Below are positions 61,773 to 64,000 of a DNA stretch of 64,000 bases, piece by piece. The first letter of the stretch is position 1. Each line of letters opens with the position of its first letter. The notes beneath the pieces were generated by a model. That model searched no databases. It saw nothing but the letters and a program-made list of their open reading frames with translations, and was not told where the DNA came from. This DNA is from the human T2T-CHM13v2.0 reference genome, Homo sapiens: the NCBI RefSeq assembly GCF_009914755.1, contig NC_060932.1. One strand, written 5' to 3'. The translations under genes were made by a program, and so were the position numbers.

Positions 61773-61974
61773 TAACTACCACAAATAATAATACTTATGA
61801 CTGTTCCTTGTGGTAAGCATTATTATCCCTATTTTATTGGGAAGAAGACTGAGTCTCAGTGAGATCAATACTCAAGAAAAATAATAAAGGGGTGATGGTA
61901 TTAGAAAAACATGATTTCTATAGATGTGAGAATTTCTTTGGGGAGTTTTCATGCAGTACCATGTATACTCCATA

Positions 61975-62200
61975 AAGACAGTGGTATTGTGGGCTCTGGA
62001 ATCAGGTCACCTAAGTTCAATTTTAGCCTCTGCCATTAATCAACTCTGGGACATTGGACAAGTTACTTAGGAGTTTCAATCTCCTTATCTGTAAAATGGA
62101 TGATTCCTAACTGATTGGAGTAGTTGTCACTTTTAAAATGACAAAATATATGTAAAGAGGATCCTAAAATGTCTGGAACAAAGGAGACATGAAATAAAAG
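61975..62200. mobile_element. MIR
   Basis: gggctctggaatcagg...ttggacaagttactt...ttatctgtaaaatgg. Confidence 0.75.
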
Positions 62201-62354
62201 TTAAAACTTCAGAGATCAATATACACATATATTCAATGCAGCCATAATTGTTAAAACAGATTTGGACAACTTCAATATCCAACAATAATTTAAACTAGGA
62301 TTCATTCATATTAAGAAATGCTATGCAGGCATAATACTAAGATAGAAGTGTATT

Positions 62355-62560
62355 ACCTTCCTGGGTTCTTTGCCTACTGTGTGACTTTAGGCAAATGATT
62401 TAATCATTTTGGGCCTCAATTTCCTCATATGAAAAATGTAAATAAAGGCAATACCTATTTCAAAGGGTCGTCATAAGGATTAAACAATATATAGTCCACA
62501 CAAGATGCTTAAAATATTCCTAGGCACATAGCAGACACATGATAAACGCTAGCAATTATT
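62355..62560. mobile_element. MIR
   Basis: tgtgtgactttaggcaaatgatttaatc...gggcctcaatttcctcat...taaggattaaac. Confidence 0.75.
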
Positions 62561-64000
62561 ACATTATGATTCCATTTGTATGAAAGGAAAGAAAGCTAAT
62601 TAGCTAATTTCTGGAAAGAGATATAAGAATCCGCTCACTAATTGTTTCTCTGGGGAGTGGAGATGAGAGGCAGGAGGGATAAGGGCTTTTCCTTTCACTT
62701 TACCCATCCTGTGCCATTGGAAACAAACCAACCCCCAAGTTATTAGCTGTCTCTTGTTGGTGCTCTTTCTCACATAATGAAGAGTAGCTGAGCACTTTCT
62801 TCTACTGCCGGGCAGGGTTGCTTCTCAGATATGTGGGTACAGCTGCTAAAAGATTTCCATAAAGGTTGGTAAATAAGCGAATCCTTGTCCTCCATGATTC
62901 TGCAAGGTAAGGGTTAACTCCTTGCATGCTAGAAGCCTCTGAGATGCTGACTCGTAGTGACCCTGTTTGGTTTGTTCCCTGTTTCTGTAGTCCAGGTCAG
63001 TAAATATTTTGACTTTCAATCCTGGTGCCAGGCACTGACCTCAGAGCTGTACACCCATTGTATCTCACTGTAAACCATTCTTCAAGGCACTCATTCTTAT
63101 TTTCCAAATGGTGAAGCAGAGGTTACTTATTACTTCTTATGCCCAATAACACAGAGCTCATGCAAGAATTCTGTCTGGCCCTTAAGGCTATGTTTCCTTC
63201 TCTGTGTATCTTTGCTTTCATTAACTCACATTCCCTCTCTAAAAATGTTTATATGCTCTGCTTCAAAAAATTATTCTCGAAAAGGTTGTTTTTTGTTTTT
63301 TGTTTTTTTTACCAGGTTTGTATTTCTAACTTGTCTCAACTGGTTTAACAGTTTCAAGAGAAGAGCAGAGTTATCAACTGTGTGAATAATTAACAAGTTG
63401 AGTTTGATCTCTGGGCAAAAATTGACCATTGAACTAGATTATTTGCCCTTAACAAAAAGGCAAGGAAAATTTCTCTATATAGGCATTGTTCAATGCCTGT
63501 ATAGGCAAAGAAGCCAAGAAGACTTATTCTAAACTTGCTCTGTTCCTCCTACCACAGAGCAAGTCCCCCCTGCCCAAGGGTACAAGGCCTGAACCAGTCC
63601 TGGAAACAAGGACTCTGACTCCAGGGAGACTAGAAGTGGTTTTGGAAACTGTACAGCCTCAGGTTTAAGTCATTATTAGCTGTATGACCTTGGGCAAGGT
63701 TACCTAATTCCCTCCTTCATTTCCTTTGTCATTTGTAAATGGGGGTGACGGTGTTTATAGGCATTAAGCTAATATCCAGCAGGGATATTAACATTTTCCA
63801 GCACTCATCAACCAATCAAAAAGCTGTACATGGAACTGCAGCAGGGTACTGAGGCCTCAGCTCTGCAGGCATGTAGCATTTGGTTGTATTGTGGAGATAT
63901 CCACAGGCTTCCCACGGGAGAGGCCAAGTGGACAGAAATATGGGGGTGCTATGGTAATGAGAGGTGAGTTTCAGGGAAGCCACTCTTCACCAACTGGTGT

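Overview
Primate (most likely human) non-coding genomic DNA dominated by interspersed repeats: more than 30 Alu copies or fragments, a TSD-bounded L1PB retaining both ends (13751-20016, minus) with nested THE1 and Alu insertions, many solo LTRs (MaLR, ERVL, ERV1), MIR/L2 relics, hAT DNA-transposon fossils and one processed U6 snRNA pseudogene (35903-36009). I can support no host protein-coding gene; the listed ORFs are Alu/L1 read-through or low-complexity artefacts. I did not find a convincing new biological system. The best leads are a textbook + strand intron (5428-5714, with a TACTAAC branch point) downstream of a sense solo LTR, a compound inverted-repeat/templated-copy structure at 29329-30302, an internal inversion plus deletion removing the L1PB RT core, a 60-nt candidate cassette exon, a 34-bp VNTR and repeat-free motif-rich candidate enhancers. 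Repeat subfamily names come from recalled consensus sequences, not a search, and boundaries of old repeats are approximate.
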